NCBI GenBank assembly: GCA_902568975.1
Contig: CACFSO010000004.1
Coordinates: 5,690-69,689, forward strand
DNA length: 64,000 nt
Direction: 5' to 3'
Source of the DNA: an uncultured Pelagibacteraceae bacterium
Lineage (GTDB): Bacteria > Pseudomonadota > Alphaproteobacteria > Pelagibacterales > Pelagibacteraceae
Shown here: one piece after another, positions 40,680 through 50,416 of the stretch
Numbering within the stretch: position 1 is the first letter of the stretch
Layout of the letters: each line of letters begins with the position of its first letter
The notes under the pieces: generated by a model
What the model saw: the letters and a program-made list of their open reading frames with translations, nothing else
Databases searched by the model: none
What the model was told of the DNA's origin: nothing
Translations under genes and position numbers: made by a program

Positions 40680-41090
40680 ATGGATTTAGAAATTTTAAAA
40701 ATTGCCTCAAATACTGAAAATAATAAAATTCTTCAGGACTATACTCATTCTTCAAAACTAAAAAATTCAATATGTGGTGATGAAATGAATATATGCGTAC
40801 AAGTGGCAGATAACAAAATCAAAAATTTTGCATATCAATGTAAATCCTGTATTTATTGCCAAGCATCAGTAAGCTTGCTATCAAGAAAATCAATTAATAA
40901 GTCGATTAATAATATAAAAAATTTATTAGATGCCGCCTTAAACTTTTTTGATAAAAAGGAAGCTACATTTAATAAAGAATGGTCTGATTTTAATAAAATT
41001 TTTAAAAAAAAAAATATTTCTCGTAAAGAATGTTTAATTTTACCTTTCAAAACTCTTTCAAAAGCACTAGAAAAATCTTTAAATGATTAA
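40680..41090 (+). CDS. IscU/SufU-like Fe-S scaffold or sulfur-transfer protein
   Basis: N.ICGD, C.SC..CQAS.S, R..C..LP. Confidence 0.8.
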   Translation: MDLEILKIASNTENNKILQDYTHSSKLKNSICGDEMNICVQVADNKIKNFAYQCKSCIYCQASVSLLSRKSINKSINNIKNLLDAALNFFDKKEATFNKEWSDFNKIFKKKNISRKECLILPFKTLSKALEKSLND

Positions 41091-41547
41091 AGATAATATT
41101 AAAAAATCTGCAATTGCTGCAATTTTTTCTACGATTACAATTGGTGTATTAACTTTACTTACGTACAAAACTGACTATGGAATATTTTTAATTGCATCTT
41201 TTGGCTCATCAATGGTTTTGTTGTATGGATATCCCGAAAGCCCATTTGCTCAACCAAAAAATATTTTTTTTGGTCACTTAGTTGCATCGGTAATTGGTTT
41301 GTTTTTTTTAAATTTTGTCCCCTTGCCTATTTATATTTTGCTACCCATAGCAGTAGGATTTGGAGTTGGGGCAATGATTTTATTTAATGTAACTCACCCA
41401 CCTGCGGGAGGAAATCCAATAATTGTCATTATGGGGAGTGTGTCGTTAGATTATATAATAAATCCTATAATAATTGGTTCAATTATAATATTAGTTTTTG
41501 GAGTAGTTTTAAATCGACTTATCTTAAAAAAGAAATATCCTTTGTAA
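41083..41547 (+). CDS. HPP family membrane protein
   Basis: ASFGSS.VL…P.SPFAQP.N..GH, HPPAGG. Confidence 0.9.
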   Translation: MIKDNIKKSAIAAIFSTITIGVLTLLTYKTDYGIFLIASFGSSMVLLYGYPESPFAQPKNIFFGHLVASVIGLFFLNFVPLPIYILLPIAVGFGVGAMILFNVTHPPAGGNPIIVIMGSVSLDYIINPIIIGSIIILVFGVVLNRLILKKKYPL

Positions 41548-42384
41548 ATGGACATAAAGTACGACGTAACAAAATTAAAAGATAATAATATAGAAGATTT
41601 TAAAGATTCTGTCTCAGTAGAAGAACCTTTGGAAATGAATTTAAAATTTAAAAAGGATGGAAAATGGCAAATCGAAAATTTATCTATTACAATGAGAACA
41701 CCAGGAAATGACGAAGATCTAATTTCTGGATTTCTTTTTAATGAAAGAATTATTTTAGATATAAACGAAATAGATAAAATTGAAAAGAAAGGTCAAGAGG
41801 TAGGAGATTATAATATTAAAAATAAAATAGAAGCAACTATTAATAATATAAAAAATATAGATATTGCAAAATTTAAAAGAAACTTTTTAACTAATTCTTC
41901 TTGCGGAGTGTGTGGAAAAACTTCCTTAGACACTGTGGAAGTAATAAAAAATGAAAAATTAGATATATCATTTCCTAAAATTAATAAGAAAATTATATTG
42001 AAATCACCTGATCTAATAATAAGCCAACAATCTCAATTTTCAAAAACTGGTGGAATTCATGCCAGTTCATTAATTGACAAAGAAGGTAAAGTAATTGCAA
42101 CAAGAGAGGATGTTGGAAGACATAACGCTCTGGATAAACTTATTGGACATGTTCAAAAAAATAAATTAATTGATAATCATTCTCAATTTATTGCTTGCTC
42201 GGGCAGATTAAATTTTGAACTTATTCAAAAAGGATTAATGTCAAATATAGGACTTATGGCCGGAGTGGGTGCGCCGACAAGTCTCGCTATAGACTTAGCA
42301 AAAAGATTTGGTATGACATTATTGGGTTTTGTAAAAAATAATAGTTTTAATATATATGCTAACAAAGAAAGAATTGAGTTTTAA
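41548..42384 (+). CDS. fdhD: Formate dehydrogenase accessory sulfurtransferase
   Basis: VEEPLE, TMRTPG.D, SSCGVCG, TGG.HA, REDVGRHNALDK. Confidence 0.96.
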   Translation: MDIKYDVTKLKDNNIEDFKDSVSVEEPLEMNLKFKKDGKWQIENLSITMRTPGNDEDLISGFLFNERIILDINEIDKIEKKGQEVGDYNIKNKIEATINNIKNIDIAKFKRNFLTNSSCGVCGKTSLDTVEVIKNEKLDISFPKINKKIILKSPDLIISQQSQFSKTGGIHASSLIDKEGKVIATREDVGRHNALDKLIGHVQKNKLIDNHSQFIACSGRLNFELIQKGLMSNIGLMAGVGAPTSLAIDLAKRFGMTLLGFVKNNSFNIYANKERIEF

Positions 42385-42390
42385 AATTAA

Positions 42391-44049
42391 ATGTCAAAAA
42401 ATATAAGTAAATTATCTGGGAGAGTAGGATTAAAAGATAACCTTTTCCAAAAATTATCTGAGAGATCTTTAAACTCTAAAAATGGAGAAGGTATGAAAGA
42501 GTTGGCAGATAAATACCATGTTGGAGTTTCAACTATTCATGGGGCTGAAAGTTTTTATGAATTTTTAAGACCAGAACATAGAGCAAAAAAAGCCTTTGTT
42601 TGTAATGGAAGTGCATGTATGTGTGCCGGAACCCAAGATGGTTTAAAAAAAAAATTACAAGAAAAACTTGGTAAAGATAAAGTTGGAGAAATGTTTTGTT
42701 TAGGTTATTGCTACGAAAATCATGCTTTTCATTATAATGGTGAGAATTATGCTGGAAAAGATATTCATAAAATAGATCAAATCGTTAAAGGTGAGGAAAT
42801 AGTTCAAGAAAAATTTTTTTCAAAAAGCTTCGCAACAACAAGTTTTTTAATGGATGAAAAGTTATCTGATATAAAAAAATTTAGAGATAATTTGAGTAGT
42901 TTTTTAAAATTTGACAAAAAAAAAATAATTCAATTATTATTATCATCTAATCTTACTGGAAGAGGTGGTGCTGGTTTCCCTACTGGATTAAAATGGGATT
43001 TTTGCAGTAAAGCTAAATCAGATAAAAAATATGTTATTTGTAATGCCGATGAGGGCGACTCTGGAGCATTTTCCGATAGATATTTATTAGAAGACCAACC
43101 ATTAAAAGTCATTTTTGGTATGATGATTTGTGGATATGTAATTGGAGGAGACGAAGGTGTTCTCTACATTAGAGGAGAATATCCTAAATCGATTGAAGCT
43201 TTGAATGGATGTATTAATTCATTAAAAGAGTCGGGTTTATTAGGAAAAAACATTTTAGGTTCTGGTTTTTCATTTGATTTAAATATTTGTATTGGGCAAG
43301 GTGCTTACATTTGCGGAGAAGAAACAGCATTAATTGCTTCTATTGAAGGTAGAAGAGCGGAAGTTGATGTAAGACCACCTTTTCCAGTAACCGAGGGATT
43401 GTATAAAAAACCAACCGTAGTAAACAATGTAGAAACATTAGCTGCGGCTAGTGGAATTTTAATTAATGGTCCAGAAAAATTTTCTTCAATTGGAAATAAA
43501 AAATCTGCAGGAACAAAATTAGTCTGTCTAGATAGTTTCTTTAATAATCCTGGTGTTTACGAGATTGACATGGGAACACCTATGAAAAAAGTTTTCTATG
43601 AAATTGGTGGAGGACTAAAAAAGCCAGTTAAAGCTTTTCAAATTGGAGGACCTTTGGGTGGTGTAGTTCCAACTCAGGAAATAGATAAACTAAATTTAGA
43701 TTTTCAGGAATTTACAAATGCGGGATTTATGCTTGGACACGCAAGTGTAGTAAGTATACCAAAAGATTTTAGTATGATTGATTATATTCATCATCTTTTT
43801 GAATTTACTGCCGAAGAATCATGTGGCAAATGTTTTCCTGGAAGATTAGGTTCTTATAGAGGTAAGGAAATGTTTGACCAAGTAAAGAAAAAAACAGCTA
43901 AAATTCCTTTAAAGTTATTAAATGAACTTCTAATTACTATGAAAAAAGGATGCCTGTGTGCTCTTTGTGGTGCAATCCCAACCCCTATTATGAATATCTT
44001 AAAGTATTTTGGTGATGAAATGAAAGATGATATAGTGAGAGAAAATTAA
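42391..44049 (+). CDS. NAD-dependent formate dehydrogenase diaphorase subunit (NuoE-like + NuoF-like fusion; FdsG/FdsB)
   Basis: SFY…C.G.AC…CLG.C 2Fe-2S motif, then GRGGAGFPTG.KW, NADEGD, GAYICGEETAL, ESCGKC.P…C.LC. Confidence 0.9.
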   Translation: MSKNISKLSGRVGLKDNLFQKLSERSLNSKNGEGMKELADKYHVGVSTIHGAESFYEFLRPEHRAKKAFVCNGSACMCAGTQDGLKKKLQEKLGKDKVGEMFCLGYCYENHAFHYNGENYAGKDIHKIDQIVKGEEIVQEKFFSKSFATTSFLMDEKLSDIKKFRDNLSSFLKFDKKKIIQLLLSSNLTGRGGAGFPTGLKWDFCSKAKSDKKYVICNADEGDSGAFSDRYLLEDQPLKVIFGMMICGYVIGGDEGVLYIRGEYPKSIEALNGCINSLKESGLLGKNILGSGFSFDLNICIGQGAYICGEETALIASIEGRRAEVDVRPPFPVTEGLYKKPTVVNNVETLAAASGILINGPEKFSSIGNKKSAGTKLVCLDSFFNNPGVYEIDMGTPMKKVFYEIGGGLKKPVKAFQIGGPLGGVVPTQEIDKLNLDFQEFTNAGFMLGHASVVSIPKDFSMIDYIHHLFEFTAEESCGKCFPGRLGSYRGKEMFDQVKKKTAKIPLKLLNELLITMKKGCLCALCGAIPTPIMNILKYFGDEMKDDIVREN

Positions 44050-46823
44050 TGAGCTCAGAAAAAAGAAAAATAGCCTATATCGATGGAAAACCTTATGAAA
44101 TAGGAACAAACCATACTTCAATTTTAAAGTTTGTAAAAAGTTATTTAGGTGAGAAAAAAGTTCCAACTTTATGTGATGATCCAAACTTAGCCCCTTATGG
44201 CGCCTGTAGAGTTTGCTCGGTTGAAGTTGCTCTTGAAAAAGATGGACCAACTAAAGTAGTAGCATCTTGTCATACTCCAGTTGGCGAAAACCAACATATT
44301 TTTACCAGTAATGAAGAGTTAAAAAATTTAAGAAAAAATATAGTTGAATTGGTTTTAACTGATCATCCAATGACTTGTAATACGTGCGAGGTTAATAATA
44401 ATTGTGAACTTCAAGATGTAGCTAACGATCTTGGTATAAAAGAACATAGATATAATAATCCTAAACAAAATAAAGGTATCCCAAAAGATACTTCTCATTC
44501 ATATATGAGAATGAATTTGGATAACTGTATAAATTGTGGAAGATGCGTAAGAGCATGTGATGAAATTCAAGGATCTTTTGTTCTAACAATGAGTGGAAGA
44601 GGTTTTGAATCGCGAATCACAACTGATAACGACATGTTATTTGGGGACTCTTCTTGTGTATCATGTGGAGCATGTGCTCATACATGTCCCACCGATGCAA
44701 TTTCGGATGTTTTTGCTTCTAAATCTGCTGACTTCGATGAAAAAGTAAGAACAACATGTTCTTATTGTGGTGTTGGATGTAATTTAGAAGCCTCAGTAAA
44801 AGATGGAAAAGTAGTCTCGATTGATACTCCAAAAGAAACTGAGGTTAACGCTGGTCACACATGCCTAAAAGGAAGATATGCTTTTGGATTTTATGATCAC
44901 AAAGATAGACTAAGATCTCCACTTATTAAAAGAAACGGCAAATTTAAAGAAGCAACTTGGGATGAAGCTTATGATTTTATAAAAAATAAATTAGATAAAA
45001 TTGTTAAGGAAAGTGGCCCAGATGCTGTGGCTGGAATTTCTTCTGCTAGATGTACAAATGAAGAAAACTATGTGTTTCAAAAAATGATTAGAGCAGCTAT
45101 AGGAACAAATAACATTGATTGCTGTGCCAGAATTTGTCACTCTCCAACGGCTTGGGGTATGCAGCAAACATTTGGAACAGGAGCAGCTACTAATTCAACT
45201 GAAGATATTTATCATGCAGATCTTTTCTTAGTAATTGGTGCAAACCCAACTAATGCTCACCCTGTAACCGGGGCAAAAATAAAACAGCAAGTAATGAAAG
45301 GTAAAAAACTTGTTGTGCTTGACCCAATAACTACTGATTTAGCTAAACTTGCAGACTATCATATTAAGGTAAGACCTGGAACTAATGTTGCAGTATTAAA
45401 TATGATGCTATATTTCATTATAAAATCAAAGTTATATAAAGAAGATTTTATTTTAAGTAGAACAGAAGGTTTTGAAAACTTTCTTAAAGAAATAGAAAAT
45501 TTAGATATAGATCATTTAGCAAAAGTAGCAGGTGTAGATAAACAGCAAGTAAAAGAAGCTGCTATAGCTTACGCAACTGCAAAAAACTCTATGGAATTTC
45601 ATGGTTTAGGAGTAACTGAACAAGAACAAGGATCTAAAACAGTGATGCTAATTGCAGATCTTGCAATGATTACAGGAAATATTGGAAGAAAAGGTGTGGG
45701 AGTTAACCCATTAAGAGGTCAAAACAACGTGCAAGGAGCTGCGGATATGGGATGTCAACCACATCAGGGAGCTGGATATTTTCCTGTAGCAGATAAAAAA
45801 ATTCAAGATTTTTATACTGAAAAATATGGTGTTGTTCACCCAACTAAAGCTGGTTTAAAAATTCCACAAATATTTGATGCTGCAATAAATAGAGAAGTAA
45901 AAGCTGTATGGATTATTGGTGAAGATGTTGTTCAAACTGATCCTAATAGTGCTCATGTTGCAAAAGCAATGAATTCACTAGACTTATTAGTTGTGCAAGA
46001 AATATTTATGAGTGAAACTGCTAAACATGCAGATGTAGTTTTGCCTGGAACGACATTCTTAGAGAAAGATGGTACTTTTACAAATACTGAAAGACGAGTT
46101 CAAAGAGTGAATAAAGCTGCAGAGCCTTTGCCTGGAACAAAACCAGATGGTGTAATCGTAACAGAAATGATGCAAAAACTTGGATATAATCAAAAATTAT
46201 ATGATGCTGATGAAGTGTTGGCAGAAATTGCAGATGTAGTTCCTTTCTTTAAAGGTATTAATCGTGAAAGACTTGGAAAATTAGGTCTACAATGGCCTGT
46301 TAAAGAAGATGGTACGGATACAAAAATACTACACGAAAAAGAATTTAAATTAGGCAAAGGTAGAATTAAATATTTTGATTGGAAAGAAAGTACTGAGGTA
46401 AAAGAAAATAAAAAAGATTACCCACTGATATTAACTACTAGTAGAGTATTACAGCATTATAATGCAGCAACAATGACAAGAAGAACCAATAATATTGATA
46501 TTGTTGATGAAGATATTTTATTAATTCACCCAAAAGATGCAAAATATAGAGAACTTAACACTGGTGATGTTGCAAGACTTTATTCTGGCAGAGGTGAAGT
46601 TGCTTTAAAAATTGAAGTTACTGAAAAAGTTAAGGAAGGAATTGTATTTACCACTTTCCATTTCCCTGAACATATGGTTAATATGGTTACTGGTCATGGT
46701 AAAGATGAGGAAACTATGTGTGCCGAATACAAAGTGTCTTCAGTACAAGTTCAAAAAATTTCAAATAAATTTAAAACTGAAGTAGATACTGAAAAAAATA
46801 AGGCCGAGGTAACACGCGTCTAA
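44049..46823 (+). CDS. fdhF: Formate dehydrogenase alpha subunit (Mo-bisPGD, Cys ligand, N-terminal Fe-S domains)
   Basis: CRVC, H…C..C, two C..C..C…C motifs, C.YCGVGC, DCCARICH, PLRGQNNVQG. Confidence 0.93.
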   Translation: MSSEKRKIAYIDGKPYEIGTNHTSILKFVKSYLGEKKVPTLCDDPNLAPYGACRVCSVEVALEKDGPTKVVASCHTPVGENQHIFTSNEELKNLRKNIVELVLTDHPMTCNTCEVNNNCELQDVANDLGIKEHRYNNPKQNKGIPKDTSHSYMRMNLDNCINCGRCVRACDEIQGSFVLTMSGRGFESRITTDNDMLFGDSSCVSCGACAHTCPTDAISDVFASKSADFDEKVRTTCSYCGVGCNLEASVKDGKVVSIDTPKETEVNAGHTCLKGRYAFGFYDHKDRLRSPLIKRNGKFKEATWDEAYDFIKNKLDKIVKESGPDAVAGISSARCTNEENYVFQKMIRAAIGTNNIDCCARICHSPTAWGMQQTFGTGAATNSTEDIYHADLFLVIGANPTNAHPVTGAKIKQQVMKGKKLVVLDPITTDLAKLADYHIKVRPGTNVAVLNMMLYFIIKSKLYKEDFILSRTEGFENFLKEIENLDIDHLAKVAGVDKQQVKEAAIAYATAKNSMEFHGLGVTEQEQGSKTVMLIADLAMITGNIGRKGVGVNPLRGQNNVQGAADMGCQPHQGAGYFPVADKKIQDFYTEKYGVVHPTKAGLKIPQIFDAAINREVKAVWIIGEDVVQTDPNSAHVAKAMNSLDLLVVQEIFMSETAKHADVVLPGTTFLEKDGTFTNTERRVQRVNKAAEPLPGTKPDGVIVTEMMQKLGYNQKLYDADEVLAEIADVVPFFKGINRERLGKLGLQWPVKEDGTDTKILHEKEFKLGKGRIKYFDWKESTEVKENKKDYPLILTTSRVLQHYNAATMTRRTNNIDIVDEDILLIHPKDAKYRELNTGDVARLYSGRGEVALKIEVTEKVKEGIVFTTFHFPEHMVNMVTGHGKDEETMCAEYKVSSVQVQKISNKFKTEVDTEKNKAEVTRV

Positions 46824-46975
46824 AGAAATTTTATAAACCTTTTATAGTAACTTATATATTTTTATCTATTGCTATTAGTTTTTATCCAACGTTTAATTTT
46901 TACTCATTTAAAGGACAATTAATCATATTGGGAGTATCTATTTTTAATGGATTAATGGGTATGTTTGTTAAAAAA

Positions 46976-48079
46976 CTATAAAACGTAAGGCTCTATTCTC
47001 TCTTTATTATTTATAATTCTTTCAATTCCAAAACAATTAAGATCTATTGTTTGATAAGATCCCGTTGTAATTAATTCTGTTAGGCCTCTGCCAATTCCTG
47101 GGGATTGCATCAAACCTCTTCCTGTAAAACCAGTCGCTAAATATACATTTTTATAAGCAGGGTGTTTTCCAACAATTGCATTATTATCGAGTTTGTTAGT
47201 ATCATAGTAACCAGCCCATCCACCAGTTAATTTTAATTCTTCAAAAGCAGGAATCCTTTTAGCTAATCCTGGCCAAACTAATTCTTCAAAATCATTCCAT
47301 TCTGGTTCAAGATCATCACAATCCCATTTTGAAATTGGAGAGCCTGCTAAATATTCTTTACCCTCTGGTCTCCAATAAACTCCTGTAGTCAAATCTCCTG
47401 TTAAAGGCATCTCAGGTATATGTTTTGGACATTTAACTCTAAATACTGTGTGCTTTTGAGGAAACACTGGTACATCATTTAATAATTCGTTTGTCCAACA
47501 ACCTGCTGCTGAAACTATAATATTAGCATTTATTTCTTTTAAGCTTTTAACTTCTCCTTTTGTAAATTCGGCACCTAATTCTATTGCTTTATTTTTTAAA
47601 GCATTGTGAAGTAGGTAAGGATCTATCCATCCTTCAATTTTTGTGTCAGTATATGTGGCTGTTTCTATTCCTATAGAGCTAACATATGGAAAAACATTGG
47701 ATAATTCAGAACCTTTAATATTTTTTGTGCCTGCTTCACATGCGCGGTGATTTTCTAAAGCTTTATACTGTTCCTCTGCATGCTCAGGCCCAAATAATAA
47801 AAGATAACCATTAGGCACCATACTAGCTGTAGGATCTGGATTTTTTTCTGTTTTCAAAGTTTTTGGTAATTTAAGTAAAAATTCTCTTGCGAACTTGCCT
47901 AGCATTATATTTTCTTTTTGAAAAAATTGTCTTCTGAAACCGCCTAAAGATAAGGGGAAAGAGGCTTTTTTGTAGGTTGGATCCCTCTCAATTACTTTTA
48001 CTTTTCTTCCAGAATTAGACAAAAAATATGCAGTAGAAGCTCCAATTATACCTCCGCCAACTATTACAATATCATCCAT
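46976..48079 (-). CDS. FAD-dependent oxidoreductase (DAO/sarcosine oxidase family, FOXRED1-like)
   Basis: GGGIIG.S.AY, S.GG.R.QF, EGW.DP, WAGYYD.N..D.NAIVG, GF.G.G. Confidence 0.85.
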   Translation of the reverse strand: MDDIVIVGGGIIGASTAYFLSNSGRKVKVIERDPTYKKASFPLSLGGFRRQFFQKENIMLGKFAREFLLKLPKTLKTEKNPDPTASMVPNGYLLLFGPEHAEEQYKALENHRACEAGTKNIKGSELSNVFPYVSSIGIETATYTDTKIEGWIDPYLLHNALKNKAIELGAEFTKGEVKSLKEINANIIVSAAGCWTNELLNDVPVFPQKHTVFRVKCPKHIPEMPLTGDLTTGVYWRPEGKEYLAGSPISKWDCDDLEPEWNDFEELVWPGLAKRIPAFEELKLTGGWAGYYDTNKLDNNAIVGKHPAYKNVYLATGFTGRGLMQSPGIGRGLTELITTGSYQTIDLNCFGIERIINNKERIEPYVL

Positions 48080-48135
48080 GAATTTTAAATTTATATTATA
48101 CGATTTTTAGCATTTAAGAAAGTGAAGATCGAACC

Positions 48136-48168
48136 TGTCACACTGACATTAAGATTTTTTTCTGACAT
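48136..48168. promoter_or_regulatory. Candidate operator: TGTCA-N3-TGACA palindrome plus a repeated CTGACAT
   Basis: Palindrome at 48136-48148; CTGACAT at 48143 and 48162; lies in a divergent intergenic region upstream of the photolyase. Confidence 0.4.
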
Positions 48169-48185
48169 ATATTTATAGTAGAAAT

Positions 48186-49682
48186 ATGAAATTATTTTTT
48201 ATACTAGGAAATCAATTATTCCCACAAGAAAAAATTATGGCGCACAAAAAGGACCATACTTTTTTTATGGCTGAAGACTATGAATTATGTACTTACGAAA
48301 AACATCATAAACTCAAAATTTTGTTATTTTTATCATCAATGCGTTCTTATGCAGAACATTTAAAAAATAATAAATTTAAATTGGAATATTTAAAAATTGA
48401 TTCAGATTACTCTAAGAAAAACTATACTGAAAAACTAAAACGAATAATAGATTCAAAAAATATTACAGAGGTAAGTAGTTTTGAAATAGAAGATAAATTT
48501 TTTGAAAACAAAATAAAGAATTTTTTAAATAAATCAAAAATCAAATGGAATATTATTAAATCACCAATGTTTTTAAATTCTAGAGATGATTTTAAAAAGT
48601 ATCTATCTAAATCTAAAAAACCATTTATGGCAACTTTTTATAAAGAAGCTAGAAAAAAATCTGGAATTTTGATGGGTGCAGATGGTAATCCTGTTGGTGG
48701 TAAATGGAGTTTTGATGATGAAAATAGAAATAAATTACCTGAAAATATTTCAATTCCAAAACTACCAAAAATTAAAGAAACCAAACACACAAAAGAATTA
48801 AAACCAATTATTGAAAATTTATTTAAGGATCATATGGGTAGTACAAAAAATTTTTGGTTAGCTACAGAATATGAAGATGTTGTAAAGTTACTAAATTTTT
48901 TTATAAAAGAAAAATCAAATGTATTTGGTGATTATGAAGATTCTGTAAATCAAAAAAATAATATTTTATTTCATAGTGCATTAAGTCCTTACATTAATTT
49001 AGGTTTAATTACTCCAGACTTTATAATTCAAAAGGTTTTTAATTTTCATAAAAAAAATAAAATAAAATTAAATTCATTAGAAGGGTATATACGTCAAATT
49101 ATTGGGTGGAGGGAATTTATGCGTGGAATTTATCATGAATATTCTAATGAAATGATAACAAAAAATTTTTTTAAACATAATCGAAAAATGAAAAAAACTT
49201 GGTATGAAGGCTGTACTGGTTTACCACCTCTTGATTATGCAATTAATAATGCAACTAAATTTGGATGGTCACATCATATAGAAAGATTAATGATTTTATC
49301 AAACATCATGAACCTTTGTGAAATTAAACCAAAAATTGTTTATAAATGGTTTATGGAAATGTATGTAGATTCTTCGGATTGGGTAATGGCTCCAAATGTA
49401 TATGGAATGGGTTTATTTAGCGATGGTGGAATATTTGCAACTAAACCTTATATCTGTGGATCGAGTTATTTTATGAAAATGATGGATTTTAAAAAAGGAT
49501 ATTGGTGTAATACAATGGATGGCCTTTATTGGAGATTTATAGATAAAAATAGAAAATTTTTTTTAAGAAATCCCAGACTTTCAATGATGGTAAAAGTTTT
49601 TGATAAAATGAAAATTGCAAGAAAAAAATTGATACTTTCAGAAGCAGTAAAATTTATAAATAGAAACACTTATGGGAATTAA
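48186..49682 (+). CDS. Cryptochrome/photolyase-related protein (PhrB/CryB prokaryotic 6-4 photolyase family)
   Basis: ILGNQL, HH.LKI…S.MR, P.GGKWSFD..NR, FG.YED, LFHS.LS, EG.IRQIIGWREF, HHIERLM, TKPY. Confidence 0.92.
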   Translation: MKLFFILGNQLFPQEKIMAHKKDHTFFMAEDYELCTYEKHHKLKILLFLSSMRSYAEHLKNNKFKLEYLKIDSDYSKKNYTEKLKRIIDSKNITEVSSFEIEDKFFENKIKNFLNKSKIKWNIIKSPMFLNSRDDFKKYLSKSKKPFMATFYKEARKKSGILMGADGNPVGGKWSFDDENRNKLPENISIPKLPKIKETKHTKELKPIIENLFKDHMGSTKNFWLATEYEDVVKLLNFFIKEKSNVFGDYEDSVNQKNNILFHSALSPYINLGLITPDFIIQKVFNFHKKNKIKLNSLEGYIRQIIGWREFMRGIYHEYSNEMITKNFFKHNRKMKKTWYEGCTGLPPLDYAINNATKFGWSHHIERLMILSNIMNLCEIKPKIVYKWFMEMYVDSSDWVMAPNVYGMGLFSDGGIFATKPYICGSSYFMKMMDFKKGYWCNTMDGLYWRFIDKNRKFFLRNPRLSMMVKVFDKMKIARKKLILSEAVKFINRNTYGN

Positions 49683-50022
49683 AGTTTTTTTTAATAATTC
49701 ATGTAGTATTTGTAGATTTGAAATAAATCATTATAAAAAAATCTCAGATAGTAGTTTGGAGTGGATAGATATAACAAATAATGCTGAAGCATTAAAAATA
49801 ACATCAAGGTCGCAAAAAGAATTATTAAGACGTCTTCATGTGGTAGATGATGGTAAAGTTATTGGTGGTGCAAAAGCTTTTGTTATAATTTGGTCTAAAA
49901 TTCCAAAATATAAATTTTTATATAAAATTTTTTCAATTAAGCCGCTGTTTATAGTTTTCCATTATATTTATGAAATAGTTGCCTATTTTTTATTTTTAAA
50001 AAATAAAAACCAACTTAAATGA
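49672..50022 (+). CDS. DUF393/DCC-family thiol-disulfide oxidoreductase
   Basis: N-terminal C..C..EI, W.DI, LH…G…GA.AF..IW. Confidence 0.82.
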   Translation: MGIKVFFNNSCSICRFEINHYKKISDSSLEWIDITNNAEALKITSRSQKELLRRLHVVDDGKVIGGAKAFVIIWSKIPKYKFLYKIFSIKPLFIVFHYIYEIVAYFLFLKNKNQLK

Positions 50023-50144
50023 ATAAGCAAAACCTTCCTTCTAAAGTTTGTCCTGTATGTAAAAGATCTTTCAATTGGAGAAAGAAATGGAAGCTTAATT
50101 GGATTAATGTAAAGTATTGTTCTAAAAAATGTGCTTCTAAATAA
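50019..50144 (+). CDS. DUF2256 small Cys-rich protein (missing from the ORF track)
   Basis: Translated by hand: MNKQNLPSKVCPVCKRSFNWRKKWKLNWINVKYCSKKCASK*; ATGA overlap with the upstream gene. Confidence 0.88.
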   Translation: MNKQNLPSKVCPVCKRSFNWRKKWKLNWINVKYCSKKCASK

Positions 50145-50156
50145 ATTCTTGAATTA

Positions 50157-50393
50157 TTATATATTTTTTCTTGGATCTTTTATTTTTCTAATTTTATCTA
50201 AAAATCCAGACATTTTTGCACTAATATAAATTATGTAAACTACAACAAAACCTAGTGCCATTGTTGATAGGAATATATATATTGCAGCTAAAATTCTTTC
50301 ATGAAAAAGATTTTCTACATCTGAACTTGAAAAATATAAAGCATTCCAAAAAAATAGAAAAAAAGCTTCGTAAATAATTATAATTTTAAACAC
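50157..50393 (-). CDS. Small hypothetical membrane protein
   Basis: 78-aa ORF with two hydrophobic segments; start uncertain. Confidence 0.45.
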   Translation of the reverse strand: MFKIIIIYEAFFLFFWNALYFSSSDVENLFHERILAAIYIFLSTMALGFVVVYIIYISAKMSGFLDKIRKIKDPRKNI

Positions 50394-50416
50394 TTTATTT
50401 TATATAAATTTTTAGA

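Noticed and set aside
44049-46823. Possible selenocysteine in formate dehydrogenase
   Set aside because: The active-site motif reads CARICH with Cys, and there is no in-frame TGA
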